Origin: Podarcis liolepis | Taxonomy: Eukaryota | NCBI GenBank assembly: GCA_965112155.1 | Contig: OZ218098.1 | DNA length: 64,000 nucleotides | Direction: 5' to 3' (one strand) | Shown here: piece by piece, positions 40,331 through 52,357 of the stretch | Position numbering within the stretch: the stretch's first letter is position 1 | Layout of the letters: each line of letters begins with the position of its first letter | The notes under the pieces: model-generated | Database searches by the model: none | Told to the model about the DNA's origin: nothing | What the model saw: the letters and a program-made list of their open reading frames with translations, nothing else | Translations under genes and position numbers: made by a program

Positions 40331-41243
40331 GTGCTTTTCTTTTTCTTATTAAAACACTATTTTCCCTTCTGGCCTTTCCATGCTTGCATGCATGGAAACA
40401 CAGAAGGGGATATATGTCTCTTTGACCCCAGCACTTGATAGTAGGTAGGGAAGGGCCAGGGTTAGGAATGGCAGTGAATTTAGTTTGGCAGTAGAATGGA
40501 TAAAGTAAATGGCACATGCATGGGTAGGCCTTCCTAAGTATTCCTTGGGTGGAAATTGCTTCTTCAGTTTTGGAAGAGGTTGCAATGGTTTGGGACTCAG
40601 AAATGTCCATGGTTGTTCTCATGTCCAACATGATGGAATACCAGTTGCAACCTGTGTTGCTGAAACTGGGAAGAGCCACCATCAGTCCCTCCTATTCTGG
40701 CCACTTGCTGGAAGCCTCTGGACCGTCACTATATTCTGGGACAGATTCAAGTGCATGTTGGAAATTTAGACCTGTGCAATCAAAGTGGATGAAAGTCCTC
40801 TGTTGCTCTAGTGCCACAAACCCACTTTTTAATTTTGGGAATGGACTTTTGCAATTAGGAAAGTGACAGGGAAGTGCACTGAAAATGTGGGATCAATGAC
40901 TGACAGGAAGATGCAAATGAATCAGAATGAATACTCAGTAAAGCAAATTATTATGAATGCTCAGTTAACGGGTCATCTGTAGGAGCTGTTTCTGACAGTA
41001 TGGGGAATGGAAGCCAACTACAGAAGCAGAATGTTTTCTGAAATTAGGAGCGGGAGAAAGGGTCATAAAGGCAAGAAAAGGAAGCATAGGAGCAAGCAGT
41101 TTAAAATTGCAACCAGACCAGGTGGGAGATGGGGGAAGCATCTGGCAAAGAGAAGGCAGGCATTTCTCCTGCCCCAATTTGTGGGGGAGAGGTCAGGAAG
41201 GTCCTGAATTTTGATAACTGATTCTGCTTTCCCTCTCTTACAG

Positions 41244-41319
41244 CCCCATCTCCACAGTTACAAAGAGGCCTTTGAAGAGATGCAGGGGACCTCTCCAAGC
41301 AGTCCACCTTCCAGTGGTG
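41244..41319 (+). CDS. TNS1: Tensin-1 coding exon, short form (76 nt, phase 0-1): [25 protein letters not shown]
   Basis: Acceptor ctctcttacag/ and donor GTG/gtgaga. [13 protein letters not shown] is a conserved TNS1 block. Confidence 0.93.
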
Positions 41320-41382
41320 GTGAGACCTCTCCCCCAACCCCTGCCTTCCCTGTCTCACCACAAACCCCTTACAGTAACCTAC
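41320..41382 (+). CDS. TNS1: In-frame exon extension through an alternative 5' splice site (63 nt): [21 protein letters not shown]
   Basis: Second donor TAC/gtaagt (consensus) at 41382/41383, same phase (1) as the first donor, with no stop between them. The peptide contains the tensin-family PTPAFPVSP motif. Confidence 0.8.
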
Positions 41383-43947
41383 GTAAGTTCCATGGCAGGG
41401 GATGGGAGAGGGGGCATTGGTGGGTGGCTTGGGCAAAGCCAGACTTAAGAGGCAGTCGGTCAAACCGTTCTCAGCGTCCCAACACCCACCACCATTTTAA
41501 TCACCCCTTCACTTTCTCGTTTCTCTCTGTCTGCCAATCTTGGCTTCTTCCCCCATCACCTTTCATCTCTGCTTGCTGTAAATTTCTCACAGTGTCACCA
41601 ATAAGTATGCATTCGTCCATGATAATTATCATCACGACAGCAAAGTTTTGCAACTCTTGGGGGGATCGATTATGGTTAGAGCCATTAGCTACCAGCAAGT
41701 GGTGAAGAGGAGCCACAATTTCTGAATGTCAGCATAAACCATAGCAGCAGAGTCCTGTGCTGTCTTCTACACTCTCCTTCTCATTGTCTGCCAGACAAGG
41801 AGGTTCACAATTGTTCATAAATTGTTCACTTTCCAAAGTGTTGGCTGTGCTAGCTAGTTACAGCAAAAAACAGTAAAGAGCCTTGCAACTCCTTGAAGAC
41901 TGTTTGCTGATTTTGAAGATGCCACAAGGCTCTGTTATTATTGTATAAAAGTTCTGCAGTTAAGATAGCAGAACTGCGCAACTTACGGCCTGCTAAGCTT
42001 AGTGAAGCCCTCTAGCCGTGTAGGGCAGCCTACTTGGGGCTTGATAATATTTCTGTTCTTGCTGTCAACTAGCGATTGCAGGATTGGAGTTGGGTGTGGC
42101 TTGTTAAACCACAGCATATGCCTGGTGGGTTCATTTGGCTATGTAGGTCATCCATTCTGCAGGCCTATTTTAGAGAAACCCATCCAATGTTTTTGGTACA
42201 CAATATCTGCCTTCCTAGATGCCAAGGGGAAAAAGTTAAATTAGCCTTGCTCTCCATAGCATGGACAAATACACAAAGTTGGATTAACAAGAATGTCACA
42301 TGGCCCTGACAGTAGTTTCCCCATATCCATCAGCAACACTTAGTAGTTATGTATATGAGTTATGTAATGCACTTATAACAATGACATGATTTATGAACCT
42401 CTATGAAAACACTTACATAGGCAAATTTGCTTCCCTGCTGGGGGAATTTTATACCACACTGTGAAGATTCCCAGTTCATAAATTCTAGATGGTACATAAG
42501 TTCAGGTTTGTTATTATGAATGAAGAATTCCCCATCCTGTGAAGCATCTGGCAGGATCATGGACTTAAATTAGTAAGTACATTTCCCTGGCTGACAATTA
42601 AAAACATATCTGCAAGCCCTGGTGCATAAACTGGAGAAATCCCTTTGGTCTGATCATTCAGAGATACTCTGACCAGTGTAATGTTCCAGGGATTTTTTTA
42701 AAAAAAGTTTTTTTTTTAAGGGGGAGCGGAATCACATACTGTACCTATAAACCTGCCTATCACATGTGTCAGTCAGTTTCAGCACTATTAACTGCTTTTC
42801 TAGACAGAAAAACAGTACCCCAAATCTGCCAAAGTTGATGGGTTAGAAAAGGCAAACAGTCCTGGTTATGCCTAACACCTGAGCTGAGCTGTGGAATGTC
42901 CCAAAGGAGAAGTATTTAAAATTTAGGTTTTTGGCACACAGATCCTACTTTAGGCAATTTTTACGTGGCTTCCTCTCTTTATGGGAGAGGGAGAGAGAGG
43001 CAGCTGTTTTCTGCAGGTGGGAGGAAATAAAAATTAACCCAAGCCCTAAAGACACCCTTGAAATACCTCCACAACAGGACACGGGCTTATGCAGAACAGA
43101 TGGAGGGATGCGTCAGCTCTTTCGCATGGAAAGGTCCACTGTTCTTCCATCCCAAGCGCCCAGCGTTCAAGGCCCTTTGCAAGTTCGTTCTGCCTTCTGT
43201 TTGCACTGACAAAAACTGATGGTTGTAAATTGGGACCAGATACTGCAGTGCACAAAATCTTTCAAAACTGATGTGTGCCATTTAAAGCAGGACCTATGGG
43301 CTGGATGCAGCCCCTTGGCCTCTCCATCTGCCCTGCTGACCTCTCCTGTGCAGCCACATTTCTCCCATTGCTCAGCTGTTTCTGCCAGTCAGCTGAGTGG
43401 TGGCAAAGGAGGTGGGAGATTGCAGGGAGGTTCAGACCTCGTCTTCTGTCCTATCCCACTCCCCTCTCAAAAACACTGATCATGAGGAACAATGGAGCAA
43501 TGAGGGAAGAGATGCAACGGCTGCAGAGTCCCACTGCTTCCACTGGCAGCTTGCTGCATTTCTGTGCTGAGAAAAAGGAAGCTCATTTCTCAGCATCCCA
43601 AAATGAAATGTGACCAGGATGTATGGATATGTGTGAATCGTGGAGGGGTATGCGTATGAATGGAGGTGCAATTGTGTGAATGGGAATAGTGTGGGGATAA
43701 GCGGATGGGTATGAATGGGGTATGCATATGTAGATAACTGTGAATGGCGTGTGTATTTGTGTATATAGCTTTGGCCCACCCCTGGCATATGCCCCTCCCC
43801 CTAAGCAGTTACAAGGGAATGCAGTCCCTGGACTGAAAGAAGTCCCCAACCCTGGTATTGGGTAGAAAGTTCAGATACAAATTTAACGGATAATAGCTCC
43901 CACTCCCTTCTGGGCAGTTTTGTAAGGAAGGACAGGGTATATATTTC

Positions 43948-44324
43948 TCTTTTTTAATAATTTTTTTTATTCATTTTCCAAACATGTTTATAGAATTAAC
44001 TCATATTAACTCTCACATTCATCAATTTTTGACTTCCCTCAGTTTCTCTGCCAATCTTTCGTTAAATTTTCTATTGTTAACGCATTTCTGAACTTATTAT
44101 TGCCTTTAACCATTCCTTTTCTTTTTTACAATATTTCTTAATTTTTCACAGAGACTCTTCAAAACCAACAAGCGTTGTCTGTGCATCACATATGCTTTTC
44201 AGATAATCTGTAAATTTCCCCCAGTCCTCGATAAACTTTTGGTCTTTCTGATATCGAATCTTCCCAGTCAGACTATCCAATTCCGCATATTCAGTCAGTT
44301 TCATTCTCCATTCTTCCACTGTTG
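43948..44324 (-). mobile_element. 5'-truncated L1 LINE insertion
   Basis: Perfect 18-bp TSD ggacagggtatatatttc (43930-47, 44325-42) and an A-rich tail on the minus strand. The minus frame reads TVEEWRMKLTEYAELDSLTGKIRYQKDQKFIEDWGKFTDYLK...*, resembling the squamate L1 ORF2 C-terminus. Confidence 0.88.
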
Positions 44325-45235
44325 GGACAGGGTATATATTTCATACATAGAGTGCATATACTGCAGAGGCCACAACTTATTCCATAGGTGTGGACATATG
44401 TGCACACGCACACACCAAATGAGGAATGAATGGTTTTCATTCTACAAAGATACAGCTTTAGGGCATTTGCTGCGTTGCACACCTGTTCCTCCTTCAGTTC
44501 TCAAATGAAAGTGAACAACATGTAGATTTGCTTCTCTTTCTTTATTTCTTTTTTTAAAATGCAGTCTTCGCCATTTTAAGAAAGAAATGGAAATTGAGGA
44601 CAATAGCAAAAGCCCACACCAGCAGGGATTCTATTGCACTAATAGGTGCAAATGTGCCTTTTTAATCCAAAGGCCAAAGAGGTGCATGTACTCTTTGGTC
44701 TGTAGCTCTTCAGTGGAAGACGTAAATCTAGCTGCAAATTTATGTGTGTTTCAATGTAGGTATGTGTGTGTTTAGATCTGTCAGAGTTTGAAGGGGCTAA
44801 TGGGGACTGAGAGTGTGTCTTCAGAGTTACGGTGAGACCCTTTGACGTCCATTTGTAACCAATCGAAAGCTGTTTGCAGCTGATCTGTGCTGTCAGCAAA
44901 AAACAAACAAACAACCCCTTGTAAAGGAAGAACCAGGAGTTCACTGAATGCTCCTGATTTTTCCTTTGTAGCCACATCCTTTCCTGCTTCACACCTGACA
45001 TTATATTACATTCAAATAGTTTATGTGTTTAGATAATATTTGATATTGTTGTTTCTCTTTGATAGAACACATTCAAAGTTGCATCGGGGCAATGAGGAGA
45101 CACTGTGCAGTATACCATTTAGCTGAGTCAGTAGTTAACTTGATCTCAACGGACAGGTGTTCCACTCATCTGAGAGGGAAATTCCAAAGTAGTAATGCCA
45201 CACGCAACCAAACTACGGTGTGATAGTAGCTTGTA

Positions 45236-45485
45236 CAGTCGTACCTTGGATCCCAAACACCTTGGTACTCAGATGTTTTGGCTCCCGAACTCTGCAAACC
45301 AGGAAGTGAGTGTTCCGGTTTGCAAATGTTCTTTGGAACCCAAACATCCAACATGGCTTCCATGGCTTCTGATTGGCGGCAGGAGCTTCCTGCAGCCAAT
45401 CAGAAGCCGTGCTTGGGTTTCTGAATGTTTTGGAAATCAAACGGACTTCTGGAACGGATTCTGTTTGACTTCCAAGGTACAACCG
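45236..45485. mobile_element. Tc1/mariner (Tigger-like) MITE
   Basis: Imperfect TIRs cagtcgtaccttgg/ccaaggtacaaccg flanked by TA, with internal palindrome ggcttctgattggc...gccaatcagaagcc. Confidence 0.85.
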
Positions 45486-48434
45486 TACTTATGAAGCACA
45501 AGCAAAATATTAGAAGTATAAGTGTGTAAAATGAATCCAGGCTGTTAACCGTGGCACATCTGGTCTGTTTATGCCATGGATACTGTTGTTGTATGCCCAG
45601 GCCTTATAATCCACAGATGCCTTGAGATTTCTGTGGTACCTCAGCTTCTGAGGCCGTGGGTGAAAACCTGGTCTTTAACTTCCTCTTGCATGCTCTGTCT
45701 TCCTTACTTTTCTAGTCAAGCATGCCTCTGAATGACTAACCCCTTGATAACTTGGTGGTGGGTTTTTAAATGTAATTAATTTAGCTTTGAACAGTTCTGC
45801 CAATATTTCATCTGGCAGTGCTAACATGGCTAAGTGCATACCAACAGCAATGAGCCAGTGAGCAGCTGGGAAACAGCAAAAATCTCAAAAGTAGCAGACC
45901 AAAATTTTCAGAACATTCTGATTCCAAACTGGAAGCATCACTGTTGCTTCCAGAAGAGGCTGGCTCTTATTTCAGAACAGAACTGGTACCCCCATTTATT
46001 AACACCCCAGTTTTTAATATCTACTGTCAGTTATCATTCATAGATTTTTTAGCAGGGCCTTTAAAAATGCATCCACACTGGTCTTCTTCCCAATGCAGAG
46101 TGAATTGTGACAGATATGTTTATGGAAAACTAAGGTGAATGAGATCCTGAGCAATAATAGCAAGAAGTAGCTTAATATTGGTCCCCAAAGAATAGGTAAA
46201 ATGAAATCCTCCAAGTTTCAGCTGAGCCTCATTCATTGATGTTAATATTTAAAGGCCACATCCTCAATGTGCTTGTTTCAAGGGTTAGATGAAGAGTACT
46301 TCCAATCTTCACAATCCTCTCTTGGCTAAATATAATTTGCTTGGGAAGCACATCACTGTCAGTGCAGAAAGTGTCTTGGGAGTGCCAGGGACATTTTTGT
46401 ACTTTTAGTTGCATAATACAAGAGCAATTAACACAATTTAGCCATGACTAAATGTCATCCCATTGATTTCATGGGAGCACACAGCTCAATCCCATGCATA
46501 TTCACTCAGAAGTAATTCATAGTGATTTCAGTAGGATTTACTCCCAAATAAATGTGCATGGGATTACAGCCTTCATCATGACTGACTCTTCCTTCACATG
46601 TACAGACATGCTGTGAGTTGCACATTCATTCTGGTTCTGTTGAGCCAAGAATGACATTTCAAATCCTTCCATAGACTCGACCTGCTACATATTCTTATAG
46701 GGCTGAAGGTATCTCTATAGGTAAGCATGTGACTCTATAGCTTTTTCCTACAGAACAGTTACAGATCCACTATGTGAACTGATTTGGTAACAATGCCTGT
46801 CATCTTTGCCAGCAAGCTGAACAAGGCACTTGAGGTGCTATCAGCAAAGCCCACAAAGAGCCTGCTGTACAGGCTCTTGAGGATGCAGGCTGAGCACTGA
46901 GCTATATGATATTCCAGACATGGACTAGCTGCTTTTGGAATTGCTTGTTTCCCAGTCATTCATTGGTACTGAGCCATTAATCCTAGCCAGCCTAGCTAAT
47001 CCATGATGAAATATATGCTCTTGGTAACTGGCTTTCCTTTAATGCTCCTGCCTCCCTCCCTCCTCCTGCTGTGTCCCCGGCAAGGGTGCCCATCTGAAGC
47101 TGTAAGTCAGAGGATTGCAATGCAAGTAATGGAGAATGTGTCGAATTTTTCCTTAATGGACAATATAGTACTTCATTTGTCTGTGTACGCCCACTCTGCA
47201 AGAGAACTTGAGTTTCAAGTTAGAAAGCCTGAATTGTTTGGAGCTGGTGAAATATGATATCACTTGCAATGATAGCAGTACACTGAAAGAGGAGAAAAAC
47301 CCACATTGGAGTTTTTGTGAGACTTGCTGTTTGGAACACATCTCACGTATACATCTACATCCATTGCTGCTTGCTGTATACATATATATATTAAGTGTAT
47401 ATATGCATGGCTATCCTAAATGTTGTTCTCCTTTTTGATTGGGTAGATATAAAACGAGATATATGTGGATGCAGTCATTCCAATGCTTTGTTGATATGCA
47501 AGTTATACATATAGGCATCTACATATATGATGTATGTTATTTATGATATACAATGCCATTCGTATGCAATGTTTCGAATCCTTCTTGTCTCATGATCCCG
47601 ATCTTTGCAGATGCCATCTCTACCTTGTGGCAAAAACTCAGACATATAAGATGACATACATTATCTATTCATTCATTGCTGTTCTTCAAACATCCTGGTA
47701 ATGGGATGGGGATGCTGCGGTCATTTGCTACCAAGGTTCTCTCTATTGGGTTGTTCTCTTGGGCTTGTAAAGAGAAAATGAGAAGTTGCTATGCTTCAGT
47801 TTCTGCACTAACCCTATACTCTCACAAAAAGCCATAAATGGGAAGGATGGTGATGATTTATTGAAGAAAAGAGGGAGATGGAAACGTGGGTATGTCATCC
47901 CTGTAGATATTTTCTAAGGGATGTTCCACAAAGAAGAAAAGAGGCAGAAAGATCACGGTCCCGTGAAATTATCAGATGCATTCCAGAGACAGCTACCAGT
48001 CCTCCAGTCCTGCTATGTAACATAAGCACCTAATTCCTTGCCAGTGGGACTTTGACTGGTTGCTGCTTCATCACAGGCTCAGTACAGCATCTGAATACAC
48101 ATCTGTAGTTATATCCTTGCTACTGGAGCAAACTTAATAGGCTAAATGTCAGGCCAAGGTTTAAGCTGGAGAAGCTGGGGGCATGATTTTCTTGAAATAT
48201 GGATCTGACCTGCTGAAAACATTATCAGTGTGAAGTAAGTTGTCCACAAAAGCTACTTAAAACAACAACAGCCAACCTTGCTTGCCACACACCTATTAGC
48301 TGTAGTCAATGCTGGGAACATTAATAACTTGAGAGATAACAAATGTCTTTGACTAGTTGTGCTGAGTTTAGTAGTTTGGTGCAAACACAAAGCAAGGTGT
48401 TAGAGTTGGCTGTAGAGTTGCTGTAGCTCCAGCA

Positions 48435-48570
48435 CAGGCATGGGCAAACTCGGTCCTCCAGATGTTTTGGGACTGCAACTCCCATCATCCCTGACCACTG
48501 GTCCTGTTAGCTAGGGATGATGGGAGTTGTAGTCCCAAAACATCTGGAGGGCTGAGTTTGCCTGCGCCTG
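48435..48570. mobile_element. hAT-type palindromic MITE (136 bp)
   Basis: CAGG...CCTG ends, about 58-bp inverted arms, 8-bp TSD ctccagca/ctctagca. Confidence 0.88.
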
Positions 48571-49208
48571 CTCTAGCAGGTGGTCCTGTTTGGGGATGGT
48601 GTAGAAGAGTCCTCTCAGCTACATGCAAACCTTTGAGAGTTAACATTGTTGGAAGAGCTTGCCAAGCTTTCCCCTGAGGAAATCCAGTCTTTGCCACTGA
48701 ATCAGAGCAAACATCAACCAGGTTTTCTCTGGATTGACGTTTCCTCTGATTTTTCACTAAAGAATGGGTTTTCTGGGGGAAAGTGGTGAGGCAAGGGGGA
48801 AAATGTTCAGACCCATGCTTTTCTAGACATGGGACAAGTGCAAGCCTGGATGGAGCCCTAAGTGCTTCAGCCTTCCATTTTGTAGATCCACTGCTCCACT
48901 TGCCTTAAGAAATCACACACTACTGAAGAGAGGGCAATCTTTGTCTCTTCTCAACAGAGAAGCTGTCTGAGACGGGGGGCCTGCTACTGGCAGCCAAATT
49001 CCTGTGGTTTCAGCACACCAATCATCCTGAGTATTTCCAGCCATACATGTATATAGCTAGGATTCAGTTACAACCCTGTTTAGCTATAAACTGGTATTTA
49101 AAAACAAACCTGGAAATGCCTGGATTTCTTCTCCTTTACATTTAATCCACCCTTTTATGTTCTGTTTTGTTGATGCATTTCTTTCGCTCTCTGTATTTTT
49201 GACAACAG

Positions 49209-49301
49209 TGCGCTCTCCACCAGGACTGGCTAAAACTCCGCTTTCAGCACTGGGCCTGAAACCTCACAACCCAGCAGAGATCTTGTTGCATCAAACAGGA
49301 G
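49209..49301 (+). CDS. TNS1: Tensin-1 coding exon (93 nt, phase 1-1): (V/L)[30 protein letters not shown]
   Basis: Acceptor tttttgacaacag/ and donor GAG/gtaagc. Near-identical to the known TNS1 segment [22 protein letters not shown]. Absent from the ORF track. Confidence 0.96.
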
Positions 49302-50360
49302 GTAAGCAAGAGTAGTATAGTGATGGAGAGACTGGTACTATGGAGAATAGCAGCATCGTCTTTTGTACAACCCACTGTCCTGTTGCCAAGATAGAAGGCC
49401 CATGAAGTTTGTATTAAGTAGTTTTAAAGATACCCACTGCACACAGACTTTAAAATAGATTTTAGCTCTGGAGTATAAGTATATATTTTATTCCTTCAGT
49501 TACATGGCATCAGTTGTTTTAGCAAATGGCATTGCTGTTCTCACAATCACTTTTCAAATCTTACCAAGCCCAGACCTTGCTATTGCCTTAAGGTGGTGAT
49601 TTCCATCAGCCAGCATCATTTTCTGTGCTCTAGAAAAGTGCTTCCTTTCCTCAGTTCTGCTCTTGCCAATTTTGTATTTTTAATGTACATCCTTAAGTTG
49701 CTTGTATAATGAGCCTCCTGTTCATTTTCATTCATCATTTTTAATTATGGATGACAAGGAGAGATAAATCTTATTTATAGAGCTGAGGCAGATTTGAAAA
49801 AAAAGTACAAATCTGATTTGAACTTCTTCTTTTTGTCTATCTTGGATTCCAAATGTCGCAGAAGTTGGATTTCAACCATAAGGCTAAAATTTTGGAGTCA
49901 CATTCTGCAGTTTGCACTGAGTCTGAAAGTCTGGCTCCAGTTTTTCTGTACAAATTGAATCAAGTGTGAATCTTCTATGGCCCTTATCCAATTCAAATAA
50001 TCTGCAACTAATTGCATGTAATAACTAGTAGTGTCTGGATAGGGAACCACATCCCAATATGCTTCAAAAGACACAAACAGATCATTCCCTGTGGCTCAAA
50101 TAAGTATTTCATTGGGGATACAGATGAAGACACAAATGCAGTCTTCCATATGTAACTCTTCCTTGCAGATTTGAGGCACATATATTTAATTTTAAAAGGA
50201 ATGGCATCTCTCAAATTTCCATATCTGGGGATTTACACTTACACGCAGATTATAAATTGTAGGATTATTCAGTGTGACGCTGCATATAATATTCAGTGTT
50301 GTTACAGTCTTTGAAATTACACAGATCTTGAGTGCTTGTTGCAGTAACTGAAATATGCTG

Positions 50361-50499
50361 GATTCAGGTAGGTAGATGTGTTGGTCTGATGCAGTCGAAA
50401 TAAAAAAATTAAAAATTAAAAAAATTGTCCAGTAGCACATTAGAGTTGGTCTCTTAGTTGGTCTCTAAGGTGCTACTGAACATTTTTTAAAATTTATTT
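50361..50499. mobile_element. Short fold-back Penelope-like retroelement insertion
   Basis: 12-bp TSD tgaaatatgctg (50349-60, 50500-11) and inverted arms cagtagcacattagag (50430-45) / ctctaaggtgctactg (50463-78). Family assignment from memory of squamate Penelope-like ends. Confidence 0.7.
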
Positions 50500-51610
50500 T
50501 GAAATATGCTGCTTAGTTTAAATTGCTCCAGTGGAATATATGTCATCCCACTCTTTAACATAAAATGTTAAGGCCCCATAATGCTTCTACAGTTTTAAAA
50601 TTGAGTAAGTTTTACACTTGCCACTGGCTGGATAGAGGAGCTGCCTGCTGGGGTGGGGCAGCCATGTAAACTGAACTGGGATTCCTGAAGGGTAAGAATA
50701 ATAAACATATTATGACAAACTGTCACAGGAATGATAGTGATTGCAATCAAGAAGCAAACTAGGAGATGTGAGATAAACTCCCACAGCGGAAGAGTAGGGA
50801 GTGAGCCCCATCATGACAGTTTACAGTCTAAACCGAATATTCAGGTGCAGAGTCAATATTTGCAGAGGTTTACATAAGCATGTGAGCTGCCTGCTACAGA
50901 TTTTTTCACAAGCATGAACTTGCTAACCTGACTCAAGCTGAAGCTGATTAGGAAAAGTAGAAACTGATTCCTAAGCAAGCCTGAAATGCATTCCCCCCCC
51001 CCAAGGTTATCCATCCCATCAGTATAACCAGCCACTTCATGCTATAGAAGTCTATTGAACATATCAGTCCTTTTAAGAACAACAACTGCAGAGTAAGAGG
51101 CTTGTAGTTAATACTAGAGACCACGATCAGTGTATTGCATAATGGGAAGCTACCAGGCTTTGCACATGTCCAGTTTGAGGAGGCATTTGGTGGAGCAGAT
51201 TGGACAGTTGTTTTCATGAATGTTGCATCTCAGAGCTTGCATGGGGTGGAGGTGGGGACTCTAGGCTAGAAGCCTTCCGTTTGACTCATAAATGTTCCAT
51301 GTGTAGAGAGATCCTTGGCACCATAACATTTTTAAACAAGTACTCTCCCCCATGATGTGATATTGTTGCTCCCCGCCCCAGTCAGGATTCACTCACATGC
51401 CCATAAATTCAGGATGTGCAATTATAGTTAATTGGGAGGTCTTGCACAATACACTCACTTCTCCAAAAGATTGGGCTGTATGTGATAAAGAAAGCGATGG
51501 AAAATTCACTGGAATGTGTGGAATAACACTTGGTGTCATCTCACCTCCACCTCTCCTTGTATGTATTTTCTGTGATTTAAGCAACAGGGTCTCTTTCTCT
51601 AGCAATATCT

Positions 51611-51870
51611 TAATAATAGCCTGCTGGATCAAATCAATAGCTCATCTAGTCTAGCATCCTGCTCTCACAGTGGCCAACCAGATGCTTGCTTGGAAAACAG
51701 GGAGCAGAACGTGAACACAAGAGCACTCTCCCCGCCCATGGTTTCCAACAGCTGGCTTGGAAGCGTTACTGCCTCCAACTGGGAAGGTTGGATTCCCTTC
51801 TCTTTGATAGCCTTCTCCATGAATTTGACTAATCCTCTTTCAAAGCCATATCTTCTGTGGTTATGCTTGT
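51611..51870 (-). mobile_element. CR1 LINE 3' end remnant; others near 3491-3546 (+), 29550-29660 (-) and 33670-33875 (+)
   Basis: Minus frame YGFERGLVKFMEKAIK resembles the CR1 ORF2 C-terminus, followed by a typical 3' UTR. Confidence 0.7.
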
Positions 51871-52321
51871 TGGTTTCCCAAATGTCTCTAAACATTTATT
51901 GCTTTTATCTGCAGAATATGAACACCTGGTTGAAAGGGGGTATAGTGTAAAAATCTAGATATGTGCCATCTTAGAGACTAAATAGGCTCTTTCTTTTCAT
52001 TTTCTTCTGACTCCCAGGCTAAGCGCTAGGTCTCTGAGTTGATTGAAGAGTAGTACAGAGTTCCCTTTTTAAAAGGCCAGTTCCTAATAATGTTTTTCAG
52101 GCATTCGGGAACCTTAAACGTAGATTTGTGGTGTTTATGGTCATGATTTAGACCAGAAACAACCTCTTCTGATATTTACAGTTGCTTAACATAAGAAATC
52201 CTGCTAATCTCTCTCTCTCTCTCTTTCTTTGTATGTCTCCTCCTTCTCTCCATTTTCATTACCTTGCCATTGTCCATCTTTTCCTTCCCAAACACTTCTT
52301 TCTTCCATGCTTGCCCCTCAG

Positions 52322-52357
52322 AACTAGATGGGGAGACAGTAGTTGAATCTGATGAAG
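52322..52357 (+). CDS. TNS1: Tensin-1 micro-exon (36 nt, phase 1-1): ELDGETVVESDE
   Basis: About 120-nt AG-free pyrimidine tract, ccctcag acceptor and strong donor AAG/gtaagg, in frame. Same position and similar sequence to the human optional segment EEDEGKVVVRLSE, recalled from memory. Confidence 0.8.

Noticed and set aside
44565-44645. 81-nt in-frame segment VFAILRKKWKLRTIAKAHTSRDSIALI after a strong acceptor
   Set aside because: Donor gtgcaa is weak, there is no tensin similarity, and a stop-free run of 27 codons is common by chance.
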